From a virus: DNA of 64,000 bases. Location of the stretch: the IMG/VR virus record IMGVR_UViG_3300042273_000448, one strand, 5' to 3'. Below the pieces are notes generated by a model, which worked only from the letters and a program-made list of their open reading frames with translations, was not told where the DNA came from and ran no database searches. Below are positions 8,596 through 18,339 of the stretch, piece by piece (position 1 is the stretch's first letter; every line of letters starts with the position of its first letter). The position numbers were made by a program, and so were the translations under genes.

Positions 8596-10764
8596 TTACA
8601 TCCATTTCTCTAATTCAATATAATCATATGGGGTTATCCCCTTGTCTAGAGAAAAAATAACATCCGCCTCCTCAGGGAATTCAACAATCTCAGCATTTCT
8701 AGCATGACAATGAAGAGAGACTAAAGTACCAAGATCTAAAGATTTCTTTTGAATAATAGACTTAAATAGAGCCAATTGATTAAATCCCTGATTCCCCATA
8801 TTGTAACATGAACCTACAGGTTTTCCATTAATATCCACAAAATGAACTGTATTTTCAACAATATCAAATACTACAGGGGTATAGGTTTTCGCATTACCTG
8901 TAAGGTCCAGTTGTTGTGTTACTGTCTTGGGATCATACATCTCATTTGATTTTGGTTTACTGCGTTTCATCCATCCTACAGAACATTTTTCAAGTTGGTC
9001 AAAACTTTGATCTCTAAAGACGTAAATATGCATACCAACATATCTTACACCAAAATCTCTTGCGGCGTTTAGATCAATATCAATATACTCAGATGCTCCA
9101 TCAGGACCCAGGGCTTCAATCACATCTCCTGAATGTTGGGAAAATCTATTTATTGTATGTCTATAAGAACATTCTCCCATTTTTGAAAAATTTTCTGAAT
9201 AAAATGAAGCTGCTAAATCCAGATCATTCCCAATCCAAAACATGAACATCCGTAATGTGTTATCCCCATTAAATGGCATACATGTTCCTCTAGAAACAAT
9301 CTTCTTACCTGGGGTTGCATTTCTTAGACCATTGTTGATAGAGGTTTTAAACATATCATTCGAGATATATACCTTTCCTAATGGCTCCAATTTAGAAAAT
9401 CTATTTTGCAAAGTTTTAAAAATCAACCCAATAAGCTTATTTTTATAAAGTCTCATTAACGTTGGATATTCATTGGTCTTTTTATTCACCCAGAACTTTG
9501 TCTTCATTCCCTTTGGAAAAAATACTCTATTTTCTAAATTATCATTAATGATAAATGAATATAGCTGATAAAGAATTTTATTAGGAATAGAATCATCCTT
9601 CAATACATTCTCAATATAACCAAATAAATGCCTAACATAAGTTACAGGACAACCTTCCAATACAATAAAAAGTCTACTAATATTACGAACAAATACCCCA
9701 GGTTTATGTTGCAAATGCTCAAGAAGAGAAATTAATGTTTCTTCATCTTTATACTCAATATATGAATTAAACAAAGATTCTGTTACATTATTAAAAGTTC
9801 TAACTTTGAACTTTTCTCTAACTACTTTAGACCATTTGAATAGTTTTGGGGAGAATTCCCCAATATGGATACAGTGGAAAAGTTTTACCCATTTGTTTTT
9901 ATGAATAAGAAGATCATCAAAAGAAAGATTTGTAGAGTCCAAAAGCTCAACAATAAATTTTCTTTCTGGTCTATTTAATTTAAATTTTGTATTTTCTGCA
10001 AGAGAAATATCTCCCCCTGAAAGAGCAGTAGCAATTCTAAGAACATCTGTTACAGAATATCTCTTTCCAGAAATAAAAGCATTTTTGATATGTACTGAAC
10101 TTCCAAAATGCTTGAAGATTATAGAAACAAAAATAGCTAGATGTTCCTTATGGATAATACTATCTAAAATATTAGGTAAACGATCCACATCATGCTCATC
10201 AAAAAGAAGAGGAACAGAAAGTTTAATAAATTCAATATCATCTACAGGTAGTGAATTCTTGGAACAAAGCAGCTTATCAAAAACAAGCTCTTTAACATCA
10301 TTTATAGAAGCAAATGACAACTCAGTAAATTTGAAATTTTCATCGATTCGGATTTCCCTTTTTTGTTTTTGTGTGATTTTGATATCATCAGGGAAGAAAG
10401 AACCTCTAGAATAATAATGAGAAATAGCTAATAGTCTTTGCTCAAAAAGAGAAAATGGAACATTAGGAAAATTCTCATAAAACACCCTAGCATTTTGAAT
10501 AAGTTTCTTTGAAGTGATAGTTTCAAGAGCAGTTTGAAGATTATCAAAAATCTGAGCAATTTGATAATCATCCATAGACATTAGATCATCAAACATCTGA
10601 CGAGAGGGAATATAACCATATTCCATCATCATAGATGCAAATGTATGAGCTACTTGAAAATCTGTTGGATTATAAAGATATGTTCGTTTTTGAGTGCGAA
10701 GATTTGTGATTGCAGGGCAAACTACCATTTTGTATTTAATAGCAGAAAGAAATAGATCAGACAT
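8596..10764 (-). CDS. hypothetical large protein (722 aa)
   Basis: Uninterrupted 722-codon ORF. No motif I can place. Confidence 0.5.
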   Translation of the reverse strand: MSDLFLSAIKYKMVVCPAITNLRTQKRTYLYNPTDFQVAHTFASMMMEYGYIPSRQMFDDLMSMDDYQIAQIFDNLQTALETITSKKLIQNARVFYENFPNVPFSLFEQRLLAISHYYSRGSFFPDDIKITQKQKREIRIDENFKFTELSFASINDVKELVFDKLLCSKNSLPVDDIEFIKLSVPLLFDEHDVDRLPNILDSIIHKEHLAIFVSIIFKHFGSSVHIKNAFISGKRYSVTDVLRIATALSGGDISLAENTKFKLNRPERKFIVELLDSTNLSFDDLLIHKNKWVKLFHCIHIGEFSPKLFKWSKVVREKFKVRTFNNVTESLFNSYIEYKDEETLISLLEHLQHKPGVFVRNISRLFIVLEGCPVTYVRHLFGYIENVLKDDSIPNKILYQLYSFIINDNLENRVFFPKGMKTKFWVNKKTNEYPTLMRLYKNKLIGLIFKTLQNRFSKLEPLGKVYISNDMFKTSINNGLRNATPGKKIVSRGTCMPFNGDNTLRMFMFWIGNDLDLAASFYSENFSKMGECSYRHTINRFSQHSGDVIEALGPDGASEYIDIDLNAARDFGVRYVGMHIYVFRDQSFDQLEKCSVGWMKRSKPKSNEMYDPKTVTQQLDLTGNAKTYTPVVFDIVENTVHFVDINGKPVGSCYNMGNQGFNQLALFKSIIQKKSLDLGTLVSLHCHARNAEIVEFPEEADVIFSLDKGITPYDYIELEKWM

Positions 10765-10827
10765 TTTTACCTCACAAAATTAAGAATGGAAATTGGGTAA
10801 AGTATTTTTTATTTCATAATTAATTAG

Positions 10828-11000
10828 AAGGAACTTTACCCATAGCCATATAAAATGTAGGAAAGCAGCAAAACTATTTTTATGTAGTGATCCTTAATAA
10901 GAAGGAAGTTTTACTATAGCCTACTGACATTAGGAAATTGAATTTACTATTTACAAATTAACGGTTTGTTCCTTTGGGAGGAAGTAAATTCATAGCCTAA
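10828..11000. repeat. three imperfect direct repeats of about 23 bp (aGAAGGAAsTtTAcyATAGCC), about 75 bp apart
   Basis: Units at about 10828, 10900 and 10977, in the leader of the 722-aa gene. Confidence 0.55.
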
Positions 11001-11225
11001 AATTTAAAGATAAATTTCAATTTCACCTGGGTCATTAAGAACTACACATTCAATAGAATCATTTTCTTCCATGTTTTCAAGAGCTTTTTCATATGAATAA
11101 TAGGGGAAACTCTCTGTTTCAGTTCTAACAATCCACATAGTGATCATTTTTATTTTCCTGGTTTATTGTTTGTTGATAAATTATTTATAAGTTAGGTCAA
11201 AGAACATGTAAACAAATTATTTTTG

Positions 11226-11297
11226 AGCGGTTAGTCGGAATTGAACCGACATCTCCAGTTTGGAAGACTGAGATAATAACCATTATATGATAACCGC
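11226..11297 (-). tRNA. tRNA-Gly (anticodon UCC), no encoded CCA
   Basis: Manual cloverleaf: acceptor GCGGTTA/TAACCGC, T-arm GTCGG-TTCAATT-CCGAC, anticodon stem TCAGT/ACTGG, loop CTTCCAA. Confidence 0.7.
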
Positions 11298-11300
11298 TTT

Positions 11301-11374
11301 TGGTCAGAGTGGGAAGAATCGAACTTCCACTACGTGCGTCCAAGGCACGGATGCAACCACTACATTACACTCTG
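11301..11374 (-). tRNA. tRNA-Pro (anticodon UGG), CCA encoded
   Basis: Acceptor CAGAGTG/CACTCTG, anticodon stem CGTGC/GCACG with loop CTTGGAC, T-arm GGAAG-TTCGATT-CTTCC, 3' ACCA. Confidence 0.75.
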
Positions 11375-11394
11375 ATTGACCATCCATAAAAATT

Positions 11395-11472
11395 TGGTAC
11401 CCCCGGTAGGATTCGAACCTACACTGTTCAGCTTCTAAGGCTGCTGTCTCCTTCCAGTTGGACTACAAGGGT
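11395..11472 (-). tRNA. tRNA with anticodon UAG (would read CUN; type-I, short variable arm), CCA encoded
   Basis: Acceptor ACCCTTG/CGGGGGT (2 G-U pairs), canonical T-arm GTAGG-TTCGAAT-CCTAC. Anticodon stem GCAGC/GCTGA has one mismatch. Loop CTTAGAA gives UAG at positions 34-36. D-arm irregular. Confidence 0.5.
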
Positions 11473-11476
11473 AAAT

Positions 11477-11552
11477 TGGTGTATCTAGTCAGGGTCGAAC
11501 TGACATAATCCGGATTGAAAGTCCGGTGCACTAACCATTATGCTATAGATAC
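11477..11552 (-). tRNA. tRNA-Glu (anticodon UUC), CCA encoded
   Basis: Acceptor GTATCTA/TAGATAC, anticodon stem CCGGA/TCCGG with loop CTTTCAA, T-arm GTCAG-TTCGACC-CTGAC. Confidence 0.75.
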
Positions 11553-11554
11553 AT

Positions 11555-11629
11555 TGGAGCCTCCACACGGAACTGACCCGTGAACTAGGGGTTACAAATC
11601 CCTCGTTTTTCCAGTTAAACTATAGAGGC
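11555..11629 (-). tRNA. tRNA-Thr (anticodon UGU), CCA encoded
   Basis: Acceptor GCCTCTA/TGGAGGC, D-stem GTTT/AAAC, anticodon loop TTTGTAA. T-loop (GTCAGTT) is atypical. Confidence 0.6.
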
Positions 11630-11694
11630 GTAATAAGTAGAAAATACTGGCCTACGTCCAGTAGCGTTTTAGACTTCCACCGCTTATATTTCTA

Positions 11695-12690
11695 CTAGAT
11701 TTGTGTTTTTCTTCTATATACCTCGTATTCTTTTAAATACTTATTCATATACCTTTTGACTTGTGTATGGGAACAATTTCATAATTTGGAAACTTTATCT
11801 ACCCAACCATATTTCGTCAAATCTATTCCAGATTTATCTAATAGTTCTCTTCTTTCGATTATTAAATTATTATTAAAGTTCCCTAATTTTAGAACTGTAG
11901 CTTTATCATGTATTCATGTTATTGTGTGTTTTAAAATTTTTATTTTTTCTTTTTTGATATTTCTATTTCTATGAACGTCAGATTCAACACAACTATTTAA
12001 ATCTATTCCCAATCTTTCTAATTGTTTCTTTTGTAAAATGCGTATTTTTTTATCTCTATTATATTGTATAACGTACTTCATTTTCTCTTTATCTGAATTC
12101 ATGAATCATCCTTTAACTTCATGGTATTCATCCAAATCAGGTAAATAAAAATCTGGAAAGTAGTGTCTTTCTATTTTATTAAAATATTTTAATATGTATT
12201 TTCTTGAATGGACCCACTTTATATTTTGTTTATTAAGATATTCTGCATACTTAAACTCCCATGTACCTTGTACATTAACATAATCTTCTATATAGGGACA
12301 ATATATTTTATAATATTTTGTTTTAACAAATCCAGAATTTGAAGATTCTTCTAGATTTTTTATTCTACCTTTTGAAATAGATTCTCTATGTTCTTTAGAG
12401 AGGTGTTTTCCTTTTAGTGGGTGTTTTATTTCTCCCGCATTATATCTTTTTATATATGTTTCTGCACCTTTAGCAACTCTTTCATCTGTTTCTTTTGTTA
12501 AACCCTTATTTCATTCTCTTTTTCCATCAAGTTGAGAATAACTTCTTTTGCCTTCTCTGTGTTCTCTTTTTAACGAGATTGATTTCTTTTTTCTATAATT
12601 AGGACATTGTGAAAATTTTTTTGAGCAACATCATTTTCCATTTTTAAATTTATATTTAGCTTCTTGGCCGCACCCATATTCACATTTCAT
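11695..12690 (-). CDS. homing-endonuclease-like protein: Zn-ribbon + NUMOD3-like repeats + PD-(D/E)xK-like nuclease (about 331 aa, 3 TGA)
   Basis: Manual translation from ATG 12688-12690: MKCEYGCGQEAKYKFKNGKWCCSKKFSQCPNY (Zn ribbon), GKHLSKEHRESISKGRIKN (NUMOD3-like), ERHYFPDFYLPDLDEYHEVKG (same nuclease signature as 6089..7474), through 3 TGA to TAG at about 11695. Lies between the two tRNA clusters, the position segB occupies in T4. Confidence 0.55.
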
Positions 12691-12769
12691 AATAGATATA
12701 TTCTCCTTTGTTTGAACCTAAATATCTATTTATATTTTTAAAAAAGTAAATTGCGTTTCAACTAAAATG

Positions 12770-12856
12770 TGGCCCCGGTAGGGTTCGAACCTACACGCAG
12801 TTTTTTCCTGCCGAAAATTTTGAGTTTTCGTTGTCTTCCTATTCCAGCACGAGGCC
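12770..12856 (-). tRNA. tRNA-Leu (anticodon CAA), long variable arm, no encoded CCA
   Basis: Acceptor GGCCTCG/CGGGGCC, anticodon stem GAAAA/TTTTC with loop CTCAAAA, variable-arm hairpin GCAG..CTGC, T-arm GTAGG-TTCGAAC-CCTAC. Confidence 0.7.
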
Positions 12857-12899
12857 ATATCTACTTCTTATCAAGGATTAACCATGTTGTAAACAAAAA

Positions 12900-13136
12900 C
12901 TATTCTCCAACTTCTTCACAGAATGGAATCTGTTCCCATTCAATTGCTGAAATATCTTCAGCCCTTACTGAGCAATTCTCAAACTGTAAAATCTTTGCTT
13001 TACCAGAATACCAATTATCATAAAGTTCAAAATATGTATCTTCATCATATTCTGCAGTAAGAATGTAACCATTTTTGAGATAAAGATCAACAGTATTCTT
13101 AGACATTATACTCTCCTTTAAACAGATTGTAAACAA
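12900..13136 (-). CDS. hypothetical small protein inside the tRNA region
   Basis: 78 aa ORF. Confidence 0.3.
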   Translation of the reverse strand: MFTICLKESIMSKNTVDLYLKNGYILTAEYDEDTYFELYDNWYSGKAKILQFENCSVRAEDISAIEWEQIPFCEEVGE

Positions 13137-13145
13137 AAAACTTTT

Positions 13146-13221
13146 TGGTGGAGCCAGGGAGACTTGAACTCCTAACCCCCTGCGTGCAAGGCAGGTGCTC
13201 TCCCAGTTGAGCTATGGCCCC
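13146..13221 (-). tRNA. tRNA-Ala (anticodon UGC) with G3-U70, CCA encoded
   Basis: Acceptor GGGGCCA/TGGCTCC including the G3-U70 Ala identity pair. D-arm GCTC..GAGC, anticodon stem CCTGC/GCAGG with loop CTTGCAC, T-arm GGAGT-TCAAGTC-TCC-like. Confidence 0.8.
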
Positions 13222-13230
13222 ATGTTTTTG

Positions 13231-13302
13231 CTCCGGGAGTAGGGGTTGAACCTACGACCGAGCGGTTAACAGCCGCTTGCTCTGCCACTGAGCTATCCCG
13301 GA
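13231..13302 (-). tRNA. tRNA-Asn (anticodon GUU), no encoded CCA
   Basis: Acceptor TCCGGGA/TCCCGGA, anticodon stem AGCGG/CCGCT with loop CTGTTAA, T-arm GTAGG-TTCAACC-CCTAC. Confidence 0.75.
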
Positions 13303-13312
13303 ATATTCAATA

Positions 13313-13720
13313 TTAAATTTTTAAAGGGCACCATTCAGGTACTTCTTTAGGTTCTTCGCTTTCATATTCTACATAACCAGTAATAAGTTTATTATTAACT
13401 GTGCATGTATAATCATACGCACACCCAGCATTAACTGTTACAGATTTTTTAACTTTAGGACACTGAAGACAACTTTCGACTTCCAATTTGATAGTGGTCA
13501 TACCCTCATTTCTCCATTCGTAAATGTGGCCCATACACTTTAAGTATCCCCTATATGTTCCAGATAAAAACCACTTTGGAACAGTATGTGCTTTCAATTT
13601 TCTATATATACCATTCTCATCTACAACATACTCAAAAAATATTGTTAGGTTAGTATCATCTGTCTTTTCAATTACGCCGGTATGAAAAATTTTAACACCG
13701 TCCACATACAATATCAACAT
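13313..13720 (-). CDS. hypothetical Cys-rich protein
   Basis: 135 aa ORF containing CLQCPKVKK...CAYDYTC. Confidence 0.4.
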   Translation of the reverse strand: MLILYVDGVKIFHTGVIEKTDDTNLTIFFEYVVDENGIYRKLKAHTVPKWFLSGTYRGYLKCMGHIYEWRNEGMTTIKLEVESCLQCPKVKKSVTVNAGCAYDYTCTVNNKLITGYVEYESEEPKEVPEWCPLKI

Positions 13721-13731
13721 ATTTTTTCCTC

Positions 13732-13950
13732 TTACTGATCCATTACCATTTCAGTTTTTGCAGTAACATAGATCTCACCAGACTTAGATTTAATAGTAAT
13801 ATGGGATTTTGATACCTTAGTAACAATCCCGTGATAGAGAAAGTCAGATGCACCTTTGTGCTTGCCTTTGTAAAACTTTACTTCATCACCTTTCTTAATC
13901 TTTTTGACTTCTGGGTCGATTTCTTCAAGCAAATATCTTTTTAAGTTCAT
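13732..13950 (-). CDS. hypothetical protein
   Basis: 72 aa ORF with a GTTTAC-type promoter about 60 nt upstream (minus strand, about 14010-14020). Confidence 0.35.
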   Translation of the reverse strand: MNLKRYLLEEIDPEVKKIKKGDEVKFYKGKHKGASDFLYHGIVTKVSKSHITIKSKSGEIYVTAKTEMVMDQ

Positions 13951-14518
13951 TAAGCCTATCCTTTAGTTTGTTTGAATAAAAATATATTTATAATAAACAT
14001 AATTAATTGTAAACAAAAAATTTCTAATAACCGCAACTTCCATTATAATGCTCCCACTCTTCTGCCTCTTCGCGCTTTCTTCTTTCCTCTAAAGATTCAG
14101 TGGGTTCATAGTCTTCATCCAAAAATTCATTCTTTTCCTGTTCTGCACTTGTTAGCCATTTCTTATACATGATTATTCCTCTTCAAAAAATTTTTGTTTA
14201 AATTTGCGGCACTTTCTACGATCCTTTTCACGTTTCTTATCTTCATGTGCAACTTAGGGATTACGCATACAATGTCTTTGTTTAACCTTTACATCAAGAA
14301 TACCATTTTCAAAAATTTCTTCGAAGAGTGCAGGATTAATTTTTCCCATTTCTAAATCCTATTTAACTTTAGGGGTAGGTTTAAAATCTCTATTTCCAAA
14401 AATATATTGAACATAATTCAAAGGAAAAGACACTTTTCTATCTTTAATAGAAAGAATAGCTTTATTGGATTTTGCTCTAAAAGAAATCTTCATAAACAAG
14501 CCCCTTATTTTTTTATCT

Positions 14519-14932
14519 ATTTTTAATAAATTTATAAAACAAACCAAAAAACATGTAAATCATAATTAATGGTGAAGGAAAAAATAATTTAATTTTATGA
14601 CCTGTTCTTTCTAAAAATTCTTCTTTTGAAAGGGCCTCCCTAGTAAAATTATCAAATCAATAACCATTAGCATAACCTACGGCGTGGCCTCCGCCAGATC
14701 GAGTTTTTGCAAAATATATTCTATATCTATGTAATATAAAAACATTTAAAATAAATGTAAATATATTTTTGTTACATGCATATCAAATAGATGTAAGAGC
14801 AAAATCTTCACAATCTCCGACCATAACATCTGATTTTTTCATAATATACCATAAATCTGCAATGTAAATCTTTGGATCTTTCATATACTGAAATCTTTTA
14901 CCTACAAAAGATACCGCATCCCTAATATTCAT
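14519..14932 (-). CDS. putative cysteine peptidase (NlpC/P60 or transglutaminase-like Cys/His), about 137 aa, 3 TGA
   Basis: Manual translation from ATG 14930-14932: ...VMVGDCEDFALTSI-W-YACNK...TRSGGGHAVGYANGY-W-FD... The Cys (GDCEDFA) and His (GGGHAVG) are spaced as in a catalytic dyad. Absent from the track because of the TGA codons. Confidence 0.35.
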
Positions 14933-16253
14933 TTTTAATCTCCTCCAAATGATTCTTAAGAAAATTTAAAATATCTTCTTTATCATTTGTAATTTTATTA
15001 TCATATACCATTTCCAAAGTAAACCTAAGAATATCCCCAATAATCTTTCCAGGTTTAAGATCAAATGTTTCAATTAAATCATTACCATTAATCTTAAGAT
15101 CTTTAATAGAGAAAACTGAATCCTCTTTCCCAGTAAAAAGATTTTCATATTTCAAAAGAATATTCTTAATCTCAGAATACTTGAAATTTGGTTTATTGAA
15201 ATTACCTGCTCTATCTGCACACTTTAACCTGGTATGAGACCTGTAATTTATACCACTTTCATTAAGCTCTCTAACAAGCTTTCTAATACTCTTCTCTTTA
15301 CCATAATTGTTTCTCATATGATAACGAATATATGCTTTAATTTTATTTATATCATCATTTGAGAATTTAAGGGATTTTAATTCCTTTTCTACACCATATT
15401 CCCCAGTTTTTTCATGCCCGTGAAAAGATCTTTCAACAGGGTCATAAGCTTTAACTTTCCCAATATCATGAAGATATCCAGCAAGTTTAAGAATATAACA
15501 TCTAGTAGATAGATAATCACCGGCAGTCATCATATGAGTAAACAGATCTTCAGCATGATGAGGTCCACCATCATGCTCCCAACATTTATCTAAAGTAGGA
15601 AAAATATACTGAAGCAACCTCATGTCATGAAGAGCAATAAAAAAATTAGAAGCATTCTTAATCTTCATCGCTTTGATGATTTCTTGTGAAATCCTCTCTT
15701 TTGCAATGTTATTGAACAGCCCATGTGAATTGCGAATTGCTTCTAAAGTATTATTATGGATGGCCCCCTGAAGCTTTGCAGCAAAACGAGCCGCTCTAAT
15801 CATTCTATTTGGGTCTTCATTAATACGTTTATAAGGATCACCAACAAAACGAATTCGCCGCATTTTAATATCATCAATCCCACCAAAAGGATCAATAATC
15901 TTACCGGTTTTGGCACATTGAGCCAAAGCATTTATAGTAAGATCACGACGTGAAAGGTCTTCTTCAATAGTTTCGGCATATTCAATTTTACAATTCTTGT
16001 CTGAACCACCAAAGTAATGATCCCTACGATAAGTAGCAACCTCAATACCATTAACAATAAGAACCTTGAAGGTTTCGCCAACAAAGTCAATTTTATCTCC
16101 AGCAAAAATAATTGCTAATTCATGGGGCTTGGCGTTAGTTGCCAAATCAATGTCTTCAGATTTGATACCCATAATAGAGTCTCTTACAAAACCACCAACA
16201 TAGTAACACTCAAATCCAGTATTGATTATTTTTTGAACAATATATTTGTGCAT
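14922..16253 (-). CDS. cca: tRNA nucleotidyltransferase (CCA-adding enzyme) with HD domain
   Basis: 443 aa. N-terminal YYVGGFVRDSIMG...DIDLAT (Pol-beta nucleotidyltransferase head), RRDLTINAL, HD motif GYLHDIGK. Confidence 0.7.
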   Translation of the reverse strand: MHKYIVQKIINTGFECYYVGGFVRDSIMGIKSEDIDLATNAKPHELAIIFAGDKIDFVGETFKVLIVNGIEVATYRRDHYFGGSDKNCKIEYAETIEEDLSRRDLTINALAQCAKTGKIIDPFGGIDDIKMRRIRFVGDPYKRINEDPNRMIRAARFAAKLQGAIHNNTLEAIRNSHGLFNNIAKERISQEIIKAMKIKNASNFFIALHDMRLLQYIFPTLDKCWEHDGGPHHAEDLFTHMMTAGDYLSTRCYILKLAGYLHDIGKVKAYDPVERSFHGHEKTGEYGVEKELKSLKFSNDDINKIKAYIRYHMRNNYGKEKSIRKLVRELNESGINYRSHTRLKCADRAGNFNKPNFKYSEIKNILLKYENLFTGKEDSVFSIKDLKINGNDLIETFDLKPGKIIGDILRFTLEMVYDNKITNDKEDILNFLKNHLEEIKNEY

Positions 16254-16294
16254 GTCTATCTCCTTGACAATTAATACATAAACAATATTAAAAT

Positions 16295-16846
16295 TTATGT
16301 CAAGACCTTATTTTTTAAAGCCGTTTGCAAAACATCTTCATATTCATCAGCATTTGCGAATCCTTCAAATTTTTCCCAATCCAAAAAACTTGGTTTAGTT
16401 TCTGGATCATTCAGATCAACACCATATTTAGCGGTATATATATGTACATATTTTCTTAAATGTAGCCATCCCCTCAAGGAATAACCACTTGTTAAAACAT
16501 CCAAACCCATTACCGCAGCATATTTAAAAAGTTCTTCAAGAAGTCTTTTTCCTATACCAAAACCAAAATAACCTTTTCTAACAGAACAAAAACTTATCCA
16601 ATTTTTCCAACCGGGATATGCATAACAACCTCTATCACCAACAAACAATTTTGCAACACCAACAAGATCATCGCCATCATATGCACAAAAAAATCTTGTT
16701 CCTTCGTAATGGGCCTCGCCGTTTAAATTGAAATATTTAATCTCTTCCGATAACTCTTCTAATTTAACATAGGGGTCATCAAGATTATAATCAACCAAAA
16801 GTTCATACAAATCATCAACAGTAAGTGTCTTGTAAGAAATGTTCAT
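16295..16846 (-). CDS. GNAT-family N-acetyltransferase (putative)
   Basis: 183 aa. GFGIGKRLLEELFKYAAVMG resembles GNAT motif A. Confidence 0.4.
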   Translation of the reverse strand: MNISYKTLTVDDLYELLVDYNLDDPYVKLEELSEEIKYFNLNGEAHYEGTRFFCAYDGDDLVGVAKLFVGDRGCYAYPGWKNWISFCSVRKGYFGFGIGKRLLEELFKYAAVMGLDVLTSGYSLRGWLHLRKYVHIYTAKYGVDLNDPETKPSFLDWEKFEGFANADEYEDVLQTALKNKVLT

Positions 16847-17012
16847 AAATTATACATCCTTGGCTAATTGTTTCGTTAAAACAAAATTAACAAATTCAGC
16901 CAAGGATGTACACTATTATTTTTAGAATTTTACTTTAGTTCGTTTTGGAGTAGATGTGGTCCTTAATTTTTTGTTTACAATAGTTTAAATTGTAGTCCTC
17001 ACCGTCTGAAGA

Positions 17013-18239
17013 TCAAATTTTTATTAAATAAAATCCTCTATTTATAGCATGAGCAGTCTTTTTCATATCTTTGTGATACACGGTATTAGAATCTTCTTTT
17101 GAGAACGGAGATTTCCACATATCCCATTTTTCTTTGTCTTCTTTTAACCACTTCGGGTTTGGATGAAAGGCTTCCCCATTATATTCTATAATGATTTTGA
17201 ATTTTGGAATAGTGAAATCGTAAAAATATATTTCTTGATCCCGTATAAACCACTCCGTACTTCCCTTTATTCCCACATAAATTTCATCAAATGTACAAAT
17301 TTCTTCTTCTAACAACCAATCCATTAATGGAAAGAACACATTCATTGATTCCTTTGATGCATCATTAAAGTTTACTTGTGATTTTTCTATTCATAAAAAG
17401 TATTTTTCTTTACCTTCCTTCTCACCATACTTATCTATGAAAAAATTTAGATCATGTGAACACCCATCACAGTACTTTTTATATTTTTCTTTCCCTACTA
17501 ACTCACCATATCTTTTAATAAAATTCTCTTGTGTGTTTCCATAACTTTTACAATTTTTATTGTATAATTCTGTTCCTTTATCTTCACCATATTTGTTAAT
17601 ATAGTACTCAAGATTCCCATTGCCTTTAGTGTTTTTGGATATATTTTCACATCTTTTATTATATAAGTTCTCCCCTTCTTCTCCATATCTGGCAATAAAG
17701 GACTCCTTAGAGGTTGAAGATTTTTTACAAATTTCTATATATTTTTTAGTCCCTTCTTCTTCACCAAGTTTTTCAATGTGGTATTCAAGAGTGCCTTTCC
17801 CTTTACGAGATTTAGATACTTTTTTAGAGAATGAATTGAACTTTTCAGTTCCCTCTTCTTCTCCATATTTTTTAATATAATTTTCTAAAGACGCCCCACT
17901 TCTTCCTTTAGTAGATTTAGAAATATTTTTCTTCCTTTGAGAATATAACCTAGTTCCCTCTTCTTTACCATATCTAATTTCGTAGAACTCTAGTGTGGAT
18001 ACTCTAGTGTTATTACATATTTTACAAATTTTTTTATATTCAAATTTCTTTGAATCAAATTCTGTAAAATTTTCACAATTACTCATTAAACAAACATTTT
18101 CATTATTTTTTAAAATAAAAGTGTCATAATACTCTTTTAATGTAATATTATGACACTTTTTAATATGGCGCAAAAGACCAACTTTTGTTAATAGTTGTTT
18201 ACCACACATAACACATAGTAAATGCTCTTCTTTAAACAT
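17013..18239 (-). CDS. zinc-finger / YGEEEGT-repeat / PD-(D/E)xK-like nuclease protein (about 408 aa, 1 TGA)
   Basis: Track ORF 17391..18239 (C2H2-like CVMCGK...HIKKCH, then about 21-aa repeats RYGEEGENLYNK, KYGEEEGTEKFN...) ends with TGA in frame with 17013..17345 (FYDFTIPKFKIIIEYNGEAFH nuclease core). Confidence 0.5.
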
Positions 18240-18339
18240 AGTAGCAACCTCATCTTAAAATTTTATATTAGGTTAGATGATTTAGATGAGGTTAAATCAT
18301 CAACTCTGGCCGGAGCTGTCCCTAATATTATATAACTAT

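Noticed and set aside
11636..11700. tRNA-like hairpin with perfectly pairing 7-bp ends (GTAGAAA ... TTTCTAC)
   Set aside because: Only about 58 nt lie between the acceptor-like ends, too short for D, anticodon and T arms. It overlaps the 3' end of the endonuclease gene (stop about 11695). More likely a terminator or degenerate remnant.
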